DNA from: Callorhinchus milii
Taxonomy: Eukaryota
Length of the DNA: 64,000 bases
NCBI RefSeq assembly: GCF_018977255.1
Contig: NW_024704742.1
Coordinates: 88,972,001-89,036,000, forward strand
Reading direction: 5' to 3'
In this document: positions 1-11,760 of the stretch, piece by piece
How positions within the stretch are numbered: position 1 is the stretch's first letter
Layout: each line of letters begins with the position of its first letter
Translations under genes and position numbers: made by a program
The notes under the pieces: generated by a model
The model's input: the letters and a program-made list of their open reading frames with translations, nothing else
Told to the model about the DNA's origin: nothing
Databases searched by the model: none

Positions 1-44
1 TGTTGTTGTATCTTCCCTTTTTCCTCCTTTCTTTCCTTCTTTCC

Positions 45-207
45 CCAGCTTCAAATCCCGCCTAAAGACCTTCCTTTTTGATCGTGCTTATGGTCACCTC
101 CCCCCTCCCTTTCCCTCTGATTTGGCGTCAGACTCTGCCACTGTCAAGCACTCTGAGACACTACCCTGCATGAAAGACGCTATATAAATTCAAGTTGTTG
201 TTGTTGT
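45..207 (+). mobile_element. L2 LINE 3' end (ORF2 C-terminal remnant, 3' UTR, (TTG)n tail)
   Basis: FKSRLKTFLF-like coding end, 'ctctgagacactaccctgcatgaaagacgctatataaattcaag' tail and (gtt)n; same tail class as 11428-11760 and 32540-32710. Confidence 0.85.
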
Positions 208-2133
208 TTCTACTTTCCTTCTTTCTTTTGTTCATTTATTCATTCTTTGAACCTATGTAAAGCTTGAATAAGCAGACCACTTGAGTTCTGAGTGTGAAAG
301 GCTAGAATAATTGAAGCACACTTTGAGCTCCTAAATCTTGAACAGACATCCACACCCACACACAAACACACACATATACAGCTTCAAAGTTGACAAACAT
401 TTTGCATTCTGAAGAATTATTAGGCATCCGAAAAAGACCCAAGAATATAAGTCGTCTCCGCACCACTCATAAATTGCAGGAGAGATACCAATAAACCTTT
501 CCCAATCTATCTCAAAGGTTTGATAGTGGCAAAAATACATATTGACCCATGGAATGACTTGTCTCCCATTTTAATTGAGGGGTTAAGAGGTTAGGCTTTG
601 CTATCAGAGTAAGATATGGGTGGGGGAAGCAAGCAATTTTAGTTTTTGTATCCAGTCAGAGCTAGGAGCACAAAAGGAAATGATAATAATTTCAGAAATG
701 TAGAGAGTATTTTTTTCTCTTTTGTTGACACTGTAAATTTTAGTCGCTTTTTGGCTGTGCCTGCTGCACCTTGACCTTCACACTTACCTGAAGAAAGCAC
801 ACATTGGCCCTGCCAGTATATAGATTTGTGCCATTAAAACTCCTGCAACAATAGTGGCAGTAAATAGATGAGCAGCAGATAAGATAACAGGGTCATTTTT
901 TTTCCCTTCGAAGAGTCGTGGCTCTTGTTTGATTTATTCTCTGTGCAGGGATTTTTTTGGTTCATTCAAGGCAAATACTATCTCAATCTTTTTTACAGAA
1001 TATAATCCTTAAAATAAATTTCATGCCTTTTGTATCTGGATTCCGATAATTTGGTGGTCTAAATTCAGCCGGAGATAGAATACATTGCAACTGGTTGCCA
1101 AGTCTTCCTATATCATTTTATTTTAAGGCTCCAAAGCCACTCTGAAACCTTCTGCAATGATACAGGGTTTGAAGGCTGGATGTCCTGCATACTCATCAAG
1201 AATGTTCAATCAATGGACTGAGAGATGTGGTGAAAGCAATAATTTGCAGGCTGATGGGCAAGTCAAATGTATCAATAGACAGTGGTAGTCCTTTCGGTAT
1301 GAGAAAAGTCAAACTTTTCATTCAGAAAGCTTTAGAGTTTGTGTGAAACCACAGATTAGTGCATTAGCACACAGCGCATTCTGTGCAGTTGGGAATGTGA
1401 TCTCATTGTATATTGGGGGAGGGAAATTACAATATTGAGCCTGCAAGTCCCTTAAGTTTGTAAATCTGTTTCAACTGTGGTATAAAAACTGTGCAAATGT
1501 GTGATTGACGGTTAGCTCCTGTTACCAAGGAAGATTCAGAATGTAAGAAAAACAGCGAGAGGAGGGAGAGAAAAGAAAAGAGATTTACTGAGAAATGGTG
1601 AAGCAAATCAAAATCAAGGCAAGGAGATAAGCAGAGATTGAGAGAAATTGCATGGCACAATAAGAAAGTGGCTTTATTACATCTGTAAATCAGTTTAGGG
1701 ATGTGTGCTTTCATTACAGGAAATACACTGTCTTAGAAAAAGGGATCATAAGAGACAAGGGATGAACAGCAAAGACTTAGAAAAACACTGAAGCAGAGAA
1801 ACAAATAATGAAGGAGAGAAAGATACTCAACAAGCAACCGAGGAACTCATTTAATTTTTCAGCTCATCTGCTGTATAATGTTATTCTGTAATTCCGCTAA
1901 GCAATGAGCAGAATGGATGCCCCCCAAAAAACCAAAGTATATTTTTCATGCAAGGTTAAGTTATGCATTATTTCATAAAAAAATCTAACAGTGACTGTTG
2001 TAAATGTAAAACAAAATCAACTCCAGGCTGAGCTTTATCCTCTGTATCAAGACTCTGCTTCCTTACAGATGTTAGCATTTCCAACTCATCTCCTCATGCA
2101 CATAGATCATAATAATAATTAGCTATAATAATT

Positions 2134-2196
2134 ACAACAACAAGATTACATTTGTATAGCGCCTTTCACATCGGGAGGATGTCCCAAGGCGCTGGA
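2134..2196 (-). mobile_element. L2 3' tail fragment
   Basis: caacaacaagattacatttgtatagcgcctttcacatcgggaggatgtcccaaggcgctgga is the reverse complement of the L2 tail seen at about 22540-22610 and 46065-46130. Confidence 0.85.
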
Positions 2197-2203
2197 TATA
2201 ATA

Positions 2204-2381
2204 CAGTATTTTCCTGATAACTCATCACTTCAAGCGAAAAGGGCTCTATAACGAGTTATCCGAAGAGGCGAGTTAGGCATAAGTATAAATGCATAAATAA
2301 ATGCGGCCACGATATTGACAGCATGATGACTTAAGTGGCAGTGATATTTAAACCAGGAGTTATGTTATCAGGAGTTTACTA
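2204..2381. mobile_element. Tc1/mariner-pogo (Tigger-like) MITE, about 178 bp
   Basis: TA|CAGTATTTTCCTGATAAC ... GTTATCAGGAGTTTACTA|TA: imperfect 18-bp TIRs starting CAGTA, TA flanks at 2202-2203 and 2382-2383. Confidence 0.7.
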
Positions 2382-2500
2382 TAATAATAATCCTTGCATT
2401 TGATATAGTGCCTTATGGCATCATCAAGACTTCTCAAAGTGCTTCACAGACATGCTGTAAAGTGCTGTGACTGCATGTATTTTGTAAGTGAATGCTGCAG
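2382..2500 (-). mobile_element. SINE 3' tail (L2-like end, (TTA)n)
   Basis: aataatccttgcatttgatatagtgcc...caaagtgcttcacag matches the 3' end of the full-length SINE at 17683-17989. Confidence 0.8.
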
Positions 2501-3051
2501 ATTGGCCGGTTACTGCTACTAACATGGAGAATCTGATGAGGATGGCCTAGGATTGCTAATCCTTCTTACATGCATAAACACTGATAACCCATCCTATATA
2601 TCCCCTGTTGCTATTGTCTTAATGCTATGCTGAAGCAGCCTACAATGATCTACATTTAGCAGCTGAACATAAACCATTCAACTCTGGGTTTCAACAATGC
2701 AAAAAGCATGAAATTGTTTTCAAGGATTATATTAGGTGAAAAACATAGAGTTGAGATAATAACAGGAGAAAAACGAAATCAGTGACCAGGACTTTTATTC
2801 CAGGAAAGAGCTGTGAATAATTCAAGAGAGGGGAAAATAATGTACAAGAATAATCCATAAAATGTACCGAATTAAAATCATTACTGCCAATAGTAAGTTA
2901 CCTCTGTTACAGTTCCTTCCTGTGCCTGGCCCCGCAGTTTTACACAAAACAAAAAAAGTTAAAGTAATTGAAGAGCTAACAATGTACAAGCAAGGTCTAA
3001 AATGTTATATGTGTAGCAAAGAGAACAGGTAACAGGATGTTCAGAACACCA

Positions 3052-3475
3052 ACATACTGGATGTTCAAGTCCTCCTGTAACCTATCCTGCTCATCTTTGC
3101 ATTCTATCTCCTTCATTAGCTTTGTGTCACTTGAAAATGTAGCCACTGTGCTTATGACTCCTAGCTCCAGGTCATTTATGAAGATGTTAAATAAAAGAGG
3201 TCCCAAAACCGACCCTTGTGGAACTACACTGGTAACATTCTCACAGCCTGATGACATTCCCTGTACCACCATTTTCTAAGTTCTATCGGTCAGCCAATTA
3301 CATATCCATTGCAAGATACTTCCTCCGATTCACGCTTTCTTTATTTTCAGTACTCCTTTCCTTAGGAACTGTATCAAAGGCCTCACTGAAATCCTGATAT
3401 AAAACGTCCACTGCCTTAACCTTATCAAGCTCCTTTGTCACACAGTCAAAGGAAATCAGTAAATTAGTTAGAGAT
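3052..3475 (-). mobile_element. CR1 LINE reverse-transcriptase fragment
   Basis: ORF 2997-3272(-) reads VTSVVPQGSVLGPLLFNIFINDL...FSSDTKL...LQEDL, the CR1-type SGVPQGSVLGP and decayed FADDTKL motifs. Confidence 0.9.
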
Positions 3476-3537
3476 AAGGTGAAAGGCCTGCTGATGGAGA
3501 ATGACTAGAAAAGGACTAGGAGAAAACAGTTACTGAA

Positions 3538-3735
3538 TCACAAGAGGGGTTTGGATGAAGAAGGCCCATTTGGCCCTTTCAAGTCATTCCTCCAAATTCT
3601 AATCTTCACGTTGTAATTTGGAGGAATGACATAAATAGGCTAAAGGCCCTTCTTCAACCATTCTCCAATTGTAGCACCAAACTGCTTGTTAATTCAATCT
3701 AATCTCCTGGCCTGAGTCACCTTATCTGGCAGGAA
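3538..3735 (-). mobile_element. CR1 3' end with internal fold-back
   Basis: ttggatgaagaaggccc...tggccc matches the CR1 tails at about 21085, 24050 and 33780; part of it is duplicated in inverted orientation. Confidence 0.65.
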
Positions 3736-3829
3736 AGGCAGGTTGGACTTCCTGGGCTCTACAGCATAGAGGGGATCAGGAATCTCCAGCCACTATGCCA
3801 GACAAACCTCAGGTTCCCACAGGTTCCCA

Positions 3830-4055
3830 TAGGTTACCCTGCCAGAAACGATGAATAGAATGATCCAGATGAGGAGTCACTGTCTGTATGAAAGCAATAT
3901 ACATGGCCAATCATAGACGAGCCAAGAAATGGTATTGCAAGAGTAGGCAACATTAGACTTAAGCATGCAAATGTGGAAGTTTCAGTTTGGATAGTCATAA
4001 GCATGGTAATGGGTTTTTGGTGTGTGTCAGACATCCAGCTGACCAAAAAACAAAG
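3830..4055 (+). mobile_element. Unclassified oligo(A)-tailed repeat 'family X', old 3' fragment
   Basis: ggtaatgggtttttggtgtgtgtcagacatccagctgaccaaaaaa matches the ends at about 13052-13098 and 62657-62705. Confidence 0.6.
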
Positions 4056-4669
4056 TGTTTTTGTGGTTGTAAATAAAGTATTGTGTTTTGATTTAAAATA
4101 CATCTGTTTTTGGATTATTATTTCCCCAGACCCCAGCGACAATTTTTATCCTCAAGTTATCATTCAGAATAATCCAATCAATTAGTTATGAGAATTCAGC
4201 TTGCTTCTCATCTTAAATTGGCAAAACACTTAGAACAATAGTTTTGTATTTAAGAGGGAATACGTTCACAAGCATCAGAGAAAGGAATCCCAGGTCTGCG
4301 AAAATACTACATGATAGATTCATGGTAACGCAAACATTTGGTCAGGAACAGACAGGATGAAAAGACTTAGAAATAATAGACGAGAATCAGGAAGAAATGG
4401 AGAGTGATATAGTCACTGACACTGATATACTCAGTCTACAGTAGTAGAAAGCAGAGAGAAGTAAAATGAAAATTACTTTCACATTATTATCTCAGCTGAT
4501 TTTACAACACAGAGAACTTTGATTATCAGCCAGGTGGATGAAACCTGAGACCATATATCTTTGGTTATATTAGGTCTGTGCAAGTGAGCTCCAACAAACA
4601 GAATCATTCATTTCCTCCTTTCGTATCTTAAATCTAGTAGTTCTGCTGGCCTGTATAGATTGTCTTATT

Positions 4670-5033
4670 GTTTGTCTTGGAGTTGAACTGGCTCCACGGT
4701 GACATGACTTGGAATGAACTGTCAGAGTCTAGCCACCCCTCCATAGTGGTCTCGGTAGTCCAGTTCCTGAGCCAGGCGGGTCCACAGTATTCCAGGGCAC
4801 TACTGATGACACCACAGCCAGCCTGGCTCATCGGCACAACCTGGAAGGGCAGCCCAGTCACTGGGGCCAGAAAGTCATCCCACTCAAATCCTGTTAACCC
4901 TGCAAGCCAAAGCCCTAATGGGTAGGGTGGTCCTAGCTGGACAAGCAGTGGGAAAGCTTGCAGTTGGACAGCAATATCAATGGCAAGCCATGCGGTTTTA
5001 GCTGGCTAGACTCCAGCAGTAACCCCACGTACG
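4670..5033 (+). mobile_element. Family X repeat, 5'/central part
   Basis: Aligns with 12530-12900 (gtggtctc..agtccagttcctgagcca..acctggaagggcag..ggtcctagctggacaagcagt) and 62090-62230. Confidence 0.75.
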
Positions 5034-5034
5034 G

Positions 5035-5150
5035 GCAGGTGGATGTCTGACATATGCGGAAATCCATCACTATGGTTAAGAGTATTTAAACCAGACTGAG
5101 AGTCCCACACATATGGAAATTTCCCAGTGTCTGGAATGCACACTCTCTGA
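5035..5150 (-). mobile_element. Family X repeat, 3' part in inverted orientation
   Basis: Reverse complement reads agagagtgtgcattccagacac...gtgatggatttccgcatatgtcagacatccacctg, matching 12988-13090. Confidence 0.65.
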
Positions 5151-5432
5151 TCTGGACAGCGAGGGGTGGCAATTGGAATCATCTTCTTATACTATTGATT
5201 CATTTCCAGGATAGTCTGTTTTCTTCACACTTCAGGGCAAACATTTTTTAAATTTACTCACTGATATGTTAAGAAATAGTCTATTTCTAGAAACAAACTT
5301 AACTTCTGGCCCCAGGCATTGAAACTCATGACATGAGAATGTTCTCAAACGCTTCACAGGATTTCCTGTAAATTACAGTGATTGTGTGTTTTTTAGGGGG
5401 ATGGATCAGCCCACCTTTTTATTGCCCTGCTG

Positions 5433-5656
5433 CAGGCACAACATTTCACATCGTCTTCACCTGCAAGACAATAGTTGTATTTAATATTGAGATGGTGCAG
5501 AATTGTGGAAGATTCTTAAGTTCAGCCTGAATTTGGAAGCCAGATATTGCCAGCTCCAAAAAAGCTTAATTTAAGAATTTTCCATGATTTTGCAGCATCT
5601 TAACTTTTACAGTAAAATGGTCTTACAAGTAAAGAATGCAAGAAATGTCAGGCCTG
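5433..5656. mobile_element. Old palindromic MITE-like element
   Basis: Ends caggcacaacatttc / gaaatgtcaggcctg; internal inverted arms at about 5489-5527 and 5564-5601; related copies at 16176-16360 and 24560-24722. Confidence 0.65.
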
Positions 5657-5959
5657 ATGTGTTCATTCTATTCTACAATTGTCCACACACTACCCAACAC
5701 TACATCTCCATGAACTGAAATCTAGAGCAGTTTATGATAATCCCACATGTTCACATCATGGCTTGGCTGTGGCCTTTGTAGGCCATTGATTCACCTCAAG
5801 CAGCCTCTGAGGAGCTCACAAGCTCGGCGGGAAGATGTGTTGAGATCTTGCCCTATGACTTCAGCTTTATGTTTGAGGTAGGTAGAGCCTGTTGCTGTGG
5901 CAACCCCCTGAGGCATTTTCCCTTTTCTTCTGCCTGTGAAAGCAACCATTCTATTTCAG

Positions 5960-6480
5960 GGAAAGAAGACTAGGATCTTCTGTGTGATGGGAAGCCGGTG
6001 GAGTCGGGCGAGGGTGGAGGTGATAGAGTCGCAGAGCCTACCAGGGAAAAAAGAGTCGCGGAGCCTACCAGAGGCTACCAAGGAAAAAAGACCAGGATCT
6101 TGAACTGTATCCTCTGTGTGATGGGAAGCCGGTGGAGTTCAGCGAGGGTGGGGTGTAGAGTCGCAGAGCCTGGTGCGGGAGAGGACACGGGCTGCAGAGT
6201 TCTGGATGATCTGCAGCCTATGGAGGGAGGAGTTGGGGAGGCCGACAGCCAGGGAGTTTGTGTAGTCGAACCTTGATGTTATGAATACGTGAATGAGGGT
6301 CTCGGCAGCCTGTGGTGTGAGACAGTGGCGGAGCCGAGCGATGGTGCGGGGGTGGAGAGAGGCAGAGCGAGTCATGGTACAGATATGGGGTATGAAGGCA
6401 GGTATGAAACCCTGTGAAGCAGCAACAACAAAATTAGATTTGTATAACACCTTTCATGTCAGGAGCACTCCAAGGCGGCT
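5960..6480 (-). mobile_element. L2 ORF2 C-terminal fragment with rearranged junction, plus separate tail stub (6421-6480)
   Basis: ORF 6139-6450(-): AAETLIHVFITSRFDYTNSLAVGLPNSSLHRLQIIQNSAARVL, the L2 'SRLDYCNSLL..LQ.IQN.AAR' region. Confidence 0.9.
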
Positions 6481-6999
6481 TCCGAATTGAAAGATGCGAT
6501 ATTAAATCTAAAGATTATTATTAATATAGTTCCTGTAATATGTCAAACTGCCTCAGAGCGCTTCACAAGTGGTTGCTGCAAGTCTAGTGACTGTGTATTT
6601 GTCAGTATCACTTTCCATAGATTGGTTCCTGTTTTTATGGAACAAATCAATCTTCCTCAGAGGTGGTTATCAGTCGTCACCAATGAAACATTGAGAACAC
6701 TGTGCGCTCTATGATTCTCCTGCACTTCCTCACAAAGAGATGTGTACCAGGCACCCAAGAAGGAGATTCTGAATCAGAAAGCAGGCTGAGTAAGATAGAT
6801 GTGAAAATAGAATCAGCAACCTACTCAAACACATCTACATGCAAACACACTCAAAAAACAAGGTGATATTCTGGATGGATGAGGTAGGATGTGCGAAGGG
6901 CCTTTTTCATCCAGATCTATCTTGGAAAATCTGTGGAATCTCCTAGCTTTACATAACTCACTATTACATAGTGGGGCAATGGCTTTACTTTGGTTCTGG

Positions 7000-7225
7000 T
7001 CCTTCATATGAGACATTAAACCAAGGTGCTGTCTATCTGATTGGGTGGATGTTAAAGATCCCATGGCACTATTTGAAAAGAGAAGGAAGTTTCTTCTGGT
7101 TGGTATCCTGACTAACAATCCCCCAAATAAAATTGGTCACTCGCTTAATGGCTATGCGTGGGACACTGCTGAACGCAAATTGTCTGCCGGTTTCACCTAC
7201 AAAACAGATAGTCACTGCACGTTTC
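7000..7225 (+). mobile_element. Deu-domain SINE, 5'-truncated
   Basis: gtggatgttaaagatcccatggcactattt...gtgggacactgctgaacgcaaattg aligns with 40488-40915 and 60170-60595. Confidence 0.75.
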
Positions 7226-7339
7226 AGTTTATAAATCTGTTTATCTAAATCATTGTTTTTATCAATCCTACTTTCCAGCTCTCTCCCCATCTCCCTTTTA
7301 TGTTTTTACTGCTTTCAGTGGAACTCCTCTTGTTCTACT

Positions 7340-7680
7340 TTCATGATATATCCTAAAGGATTGTTCTAGGTTTACATTTTCAATCCCATTTAAAATGTTG
7401 TAACCTACAGGAGGTCCCCTCTATGTTGTCGTCTCTCAGACTGAAGAGCACTAGCTTGTTTATACTGCTCCAGGTGCTTATTCACTTCCTAATTGAACAG
7501 TTCTATTCATTCAGCCTCAATTGCTACTTGTGGTAATAAATTCCAAGCCCTATCAGCTCTGAGTGAAACAATTCCTTCCAATGTTAGCCTAATTATCCAC
7601 TAACAATGCAGAAACTCTGTCCCCTTGTCACTAGATCCCCAACTAAAGGATGTATTTTTCGTTGCCTACTCTGCCATTCA
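7340..7680 (-). mobile_element. Highly degraded CR1 3' fragments
   Basis: ggtaataaattccaagccctatcagctctgagtgaaacaattcc and tgtccccttgtcactagatccc resemble the minus-strand CR1 at 39040-39200. Confidence 0.55.
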
Positions 7681-8879
7681 ATTTGCCACTTTACAGTGAA
7701 CCCTGTGAAGCACTTAGGGATGTCCTCCCGATGTGAAAGGCTATATCAAATGTAAGCATTTATTTACATTCATTATTATTACTTGTACAAACCAAGCAAT
7801 CAGTGGGGTCATTATCATTTCATTTTAACTACTGTTGTGTACAGTTGTATACAAAAGGAAGTTTAGCGCACCAGGTATTTGAAAAGCATGATGTTAACTA
7901 GATCTAAATTGTAGTCAATTTCTTAAAATGGTTTTGAAGCTCAGACTCTTGAAAGCAAATAGCAGAAATCCTTTTATTCTTTTAAGTTATTTTATCAAAT
8001 ATAATTGATTGTTTATCTGGTTGCTATGGACACAAGTATGATGGCGGAGTGCAACTGTCAGGAAGCTGCTGTCTTGGGTTGAGAAAGGAGGTTTATTGAC
8101 TAGTCTCAGGAGGCATCTGAATGACAGCAATTGGCCTGGGATCATACAGTATATTCAAATGACAAAGTTACGCTGATGGTATCTGTTTGCACTCATTGAT
8201 GCGTAATGGTGTTTTCTTCTCATTAATAGAGAAATACAGCAGAGCTTTTACAAAATGTTTCATTCAAATGTGGGCTCTCTTATAGGAGCGTTGGAGTGTT
8301 GATCTCAACATCTACTGACCGAAAAATTCAAAATGCATGCTGAAAGCTGGCCGGCTTACTTCAATTCGGGACGATTTCCTTCAAATCGGCGACAATGAGA
8401 GAAGGAACGTGACACATTTTGAGGAGTGACAATGAGAGAAGTGTAATGACATTTCTTGATGTGGGACATCAAGATTTGAAGCATGAAATGAGCCCAAGGC
8501 GCAGGCCAGCTTTCTGCCCCTGCGCAGTGATATCATGGTGTCAAATGATCGGTTGCATCACAATGCACAAGTGCTGTCTATCTTTCTAGCCATATTATGA
8601 GATAGGTTGGGAATTTATGTAGCCAACTATCGTCTCATAATGGGCCTCTTCTGTGATATAAAATAGCTGCTGTATTTCATACCCCTACCATGCCAAGACC
8701 ATTGCATGATCAAGTAGCTAAACACATCACTTTTATGGTGTACTTATTCGCTGTTTTCCTCTCCATTCAAAGTGCCGAATGAAAATTATTACATGCATGA
8801 AATTACAATGAAGCCACAAGGTGCATTGCAATAGAAATAGATGCAAATGAGATAAGGAATGATAAGCATTAAAACATAA

Positions 8880-9320
8880 TAATAATACTTGCATTTGATA
8901 CAGCATCTTTCACATTGGGAGCAAATCTCAAGGCACCTTCATAGGATTTATTGTGAAGCATAGTGACTGGGTATTTTGTAGGTAAATAATAATAGTTGTC
9001 CTTGCATTTGGTATAGGGTTTTATTATGTCATTGAGAAATCTCAAAGCGCTTCACAGGATATACTGTAAAATGTTATGGCTGTATGTATTTTGTGCATCA
9101 ACACGGCAACCAATTTGCACACAGCAATGTCCCACAAACAGCCATGGAGTGAAAGACCAATTTTATTTGGGGGATTGTTGGCCAGAACACCAGGAGAAAC
9201 TTCCTTCTCTTTTTGAATAGTGCCACGGGATCTTTAACATCCACTGCACAGGCAGATGGGACCTTGGTTTAACATCTAATCCAAAGGACAGCGCAGTATT
9301 GGAGTGTCAGCTTAGGCAAT
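8880..9320 (-). mobile_element. Two stacked Deu-domain SINE fragments
   Basis: Two cttgcatttg tails (about 8888 and 9001), then acagcaatgtcccacaaacagc and gtgccacgggatctttaacatcca. Confidence 0.8.
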
Positions 9321-9479
9321 ATGGGTTCCATACGTATGAAACCAATACATATAGTGGGTTTGCTATCTTTCTTGGTTATAACTGAGGGAGAACATAAGAA
9401 CATAAGAATTGCAAGATGAAAACCTAAGGTCCATCTAGTTCACCTTCCACCTTTCTGGCGGTCGTATGCACATATGTAG

Positions 9480-10068
9480 TGAACTCCAATCGGGTGTCCG
9501 TGCCTCCCACAGCACCAAAACAGCCCTGGTCAAAGTGACAAATGACATTCTGTATATCTGCAAACAGGCTTCCTCTGCCTTTTTGTTCTCCTTGACCTCT
9601 CTGCTGCCTTTGACACCGTCGACCACTCTATGCTCATCCACCGCCTCTCCTCTCACCTCAACCTTCACGGCTCTATCCTTGACTGGTTCAGATTGTACCT
9701 CTCACACCGCCTCCACTTCATCTCCACAAACGGTTTCTCCTCTACTCCCCGCACTTTCTCATGCAGTGTTCCTCTGTCCTTGGTCCCCTCCTCCTCAATA
9801 TCTATATGTTCCCCTCTTGGTGACATCATCCTCAGACATGGGGTCAACTTCTGAAGCCCAGCTGATTGGCTCCCGTCAGCATCTCCTCACCTCAGGCACT
9901 GACAGCATCACTATCCATAGTTGCACACTCCACCTTACTAAGCCAGTCCAGAACCTTGGTATCTTGTTTGACCCTCAACTATCCTTTTTACCCTACATCT
10001 GTGCCATGACCCGCTCTGCCTTCCCTCACCTCCGCAACATTGCCCGGCTCCGTCACTGTCTCACATTC
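9480..10068 (+). mobile_element. L2 RT fragment, frameshifted, YADD segment deleted
   Basis: ORF 9466-10200: LQSGVRASHSTKTALVKVTND...; junction ggggtcaacttc|tgaagcccagc skips the segment present at about 21645-21783. Confidence 0.9.
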
Positions 10069-10594
10069 CTGAATGTTGCAGGGCTAAGCAGTAATAATAA
10101 AAAAGATAATAGAGCTCACAGACAGAATGGTGAAGCAGCCCACTGGAGGGCAGATAGATACAAAATCTTTGCATATTTAAAACTATGCAATGTGGCATGA
10201 GAGATTTTGATAAATTGGCTGGAAGAGAATTTTACACTCAAGCTCTGGTACAATCTTCCATTATTTGCGTGAACAATAATAATAATCATTCTTGCATTTG
10301 ATATCATGTCATTGAGATGTCCCAAAGTGTCTGCTATTCTTCTTGGTAGGAGCTGAGAAATATGTTATTGCTTATTTCATTTATATATTTTTTCTCGATA
10401 GAACGCTGAGCAGTCAAGGTTTAGACTTTCAATGTTTCTGGACATTAGTTTCTGCACTGCAAGGCCCTACAAAGAGCCATAAAATTAATGATCAATTTAT
10501 TTGGAGGATCAACCCCAGGAGAAATATCCTTCTCTTTCTGAACCGTGTCACGGAATCTTTAACATCCTCCTAAATTGAAGGAACCTCATTTTTA

Positions 10595-11220
10595 TAATAA
10601 TCCTTGCATTTGATATGGCTCGTTACTAAATCATCAAAACATTCAAAATGCTTTGTAGAATTTACTGTAACATGTAGTGATTAATTATTTTGTAGGTGAA
10701 CATAATAAAAATAATAATCCTTGCATTTGATATAACACTTTTCACGTCTGCTGGACGTCTCAAAGTGCTTCACAGAATATACTGTAAAGTGAATTGACTG
10801 TATATTTGTGGGCAAAACCCGGCAGCCAATTGCGCACAGCAGTATCCCACAAACAGTCCTGGATTGAAGTGACCAATTTATTTTATTTTTTTTCTTGAGG
10901 CATTATTATCAGGTGTGTGGAGTAAGGAAACTTGCCCAAGATTTCACCCTGCCGGGAATCGAACCCAGATCTCTCACGTGAAGTGAGCGCTCTAACCACT
11001 GAGCTACAGGACTCCACAATGGCAGCCAATTTGCAGAGAGCAATATCCCACAAACAGCCATGAATGACCACAAGCAGCATTTTTTTCAAACGGCACTTCT
11101 AACAAAGCACTAATACTGCTCTGGAGTAACTGCCAACTCAAAGTTTTGATGTGGGGTTTCAACCCACAACCTTGTGACCCAGCAATGAGAATGCTACCCA
11201 CCGAGCCACGCTGACACCTC
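10595..11220 (-). mobile_element. Older Deu-domain SINE interrupted by a full-length young SINE (about 10707-11017)
   Basis: Host reads gtaggtgaaca|...|atggcagccaatttgc; its head is at 11150-11220; the inserted copy ends ctaaccactgagctacaggactccac. Confidence 0.85.
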
Positions 11221-11427
11221 TGCCTGTCACTTTGCCTCATGGCAGACAGAGATGAGCAGATGCTGCATCATTGATTATCCGTACAATCCTTTCGTACTAT
11301 CACTTCAAAAACACCTGACTGCTCAGAAATAAGAATAATTTCATCCCCTTTAGGACTCCTGCCATAATTCATTTAAGAGATAGCGACTGAAATTATATCA
11401 CAAGAGTTCTTAGAATCCTTATGCTCT

Positions 11428-11760
11428 TACAACAACAACTTGCACTTGTATAGCACCCTCCACGCAGGATAGCGTCTCAGAGCGCTTAACAATGGCAGAG
11501 CCTGACTCCGAGCCGGGGAGAGGGAGGTGGCTACAAGTACAGTTGAAGAGGAAGGTTTTCAAGTGGGACTTGAAAAGGGGGAAAGAGGGGGCAAGGGGAA
11601 GGGATTGAGAGAGAGTATTCCAGAATTTTGTAGTGTAATGGCTGAAAGCGGGACCTCCGTTGATGGGGCAGAGCATGCGAGGGACGAGCAGGAGGCCGGT
11701 GCCAGTTGAACGTAGATGCCCGGTGGTGGATTGGGGAGTGAGGAGGTTGGAGAGGTTAAC
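11428..11760 (-). mobile_element. L2 3' end
   Basis: (caa)n tail; ORF 11419-11676(-) GGPAFSHYTTKFWNTL...FKSHLKTFLF. Confidence 0.9.

Noticed and set aside
9466..10200. Longest ORF (244 aa)
   Set aside because: Frame-hopping, internally deleted L2 ORF2 read-through; not a host gene.
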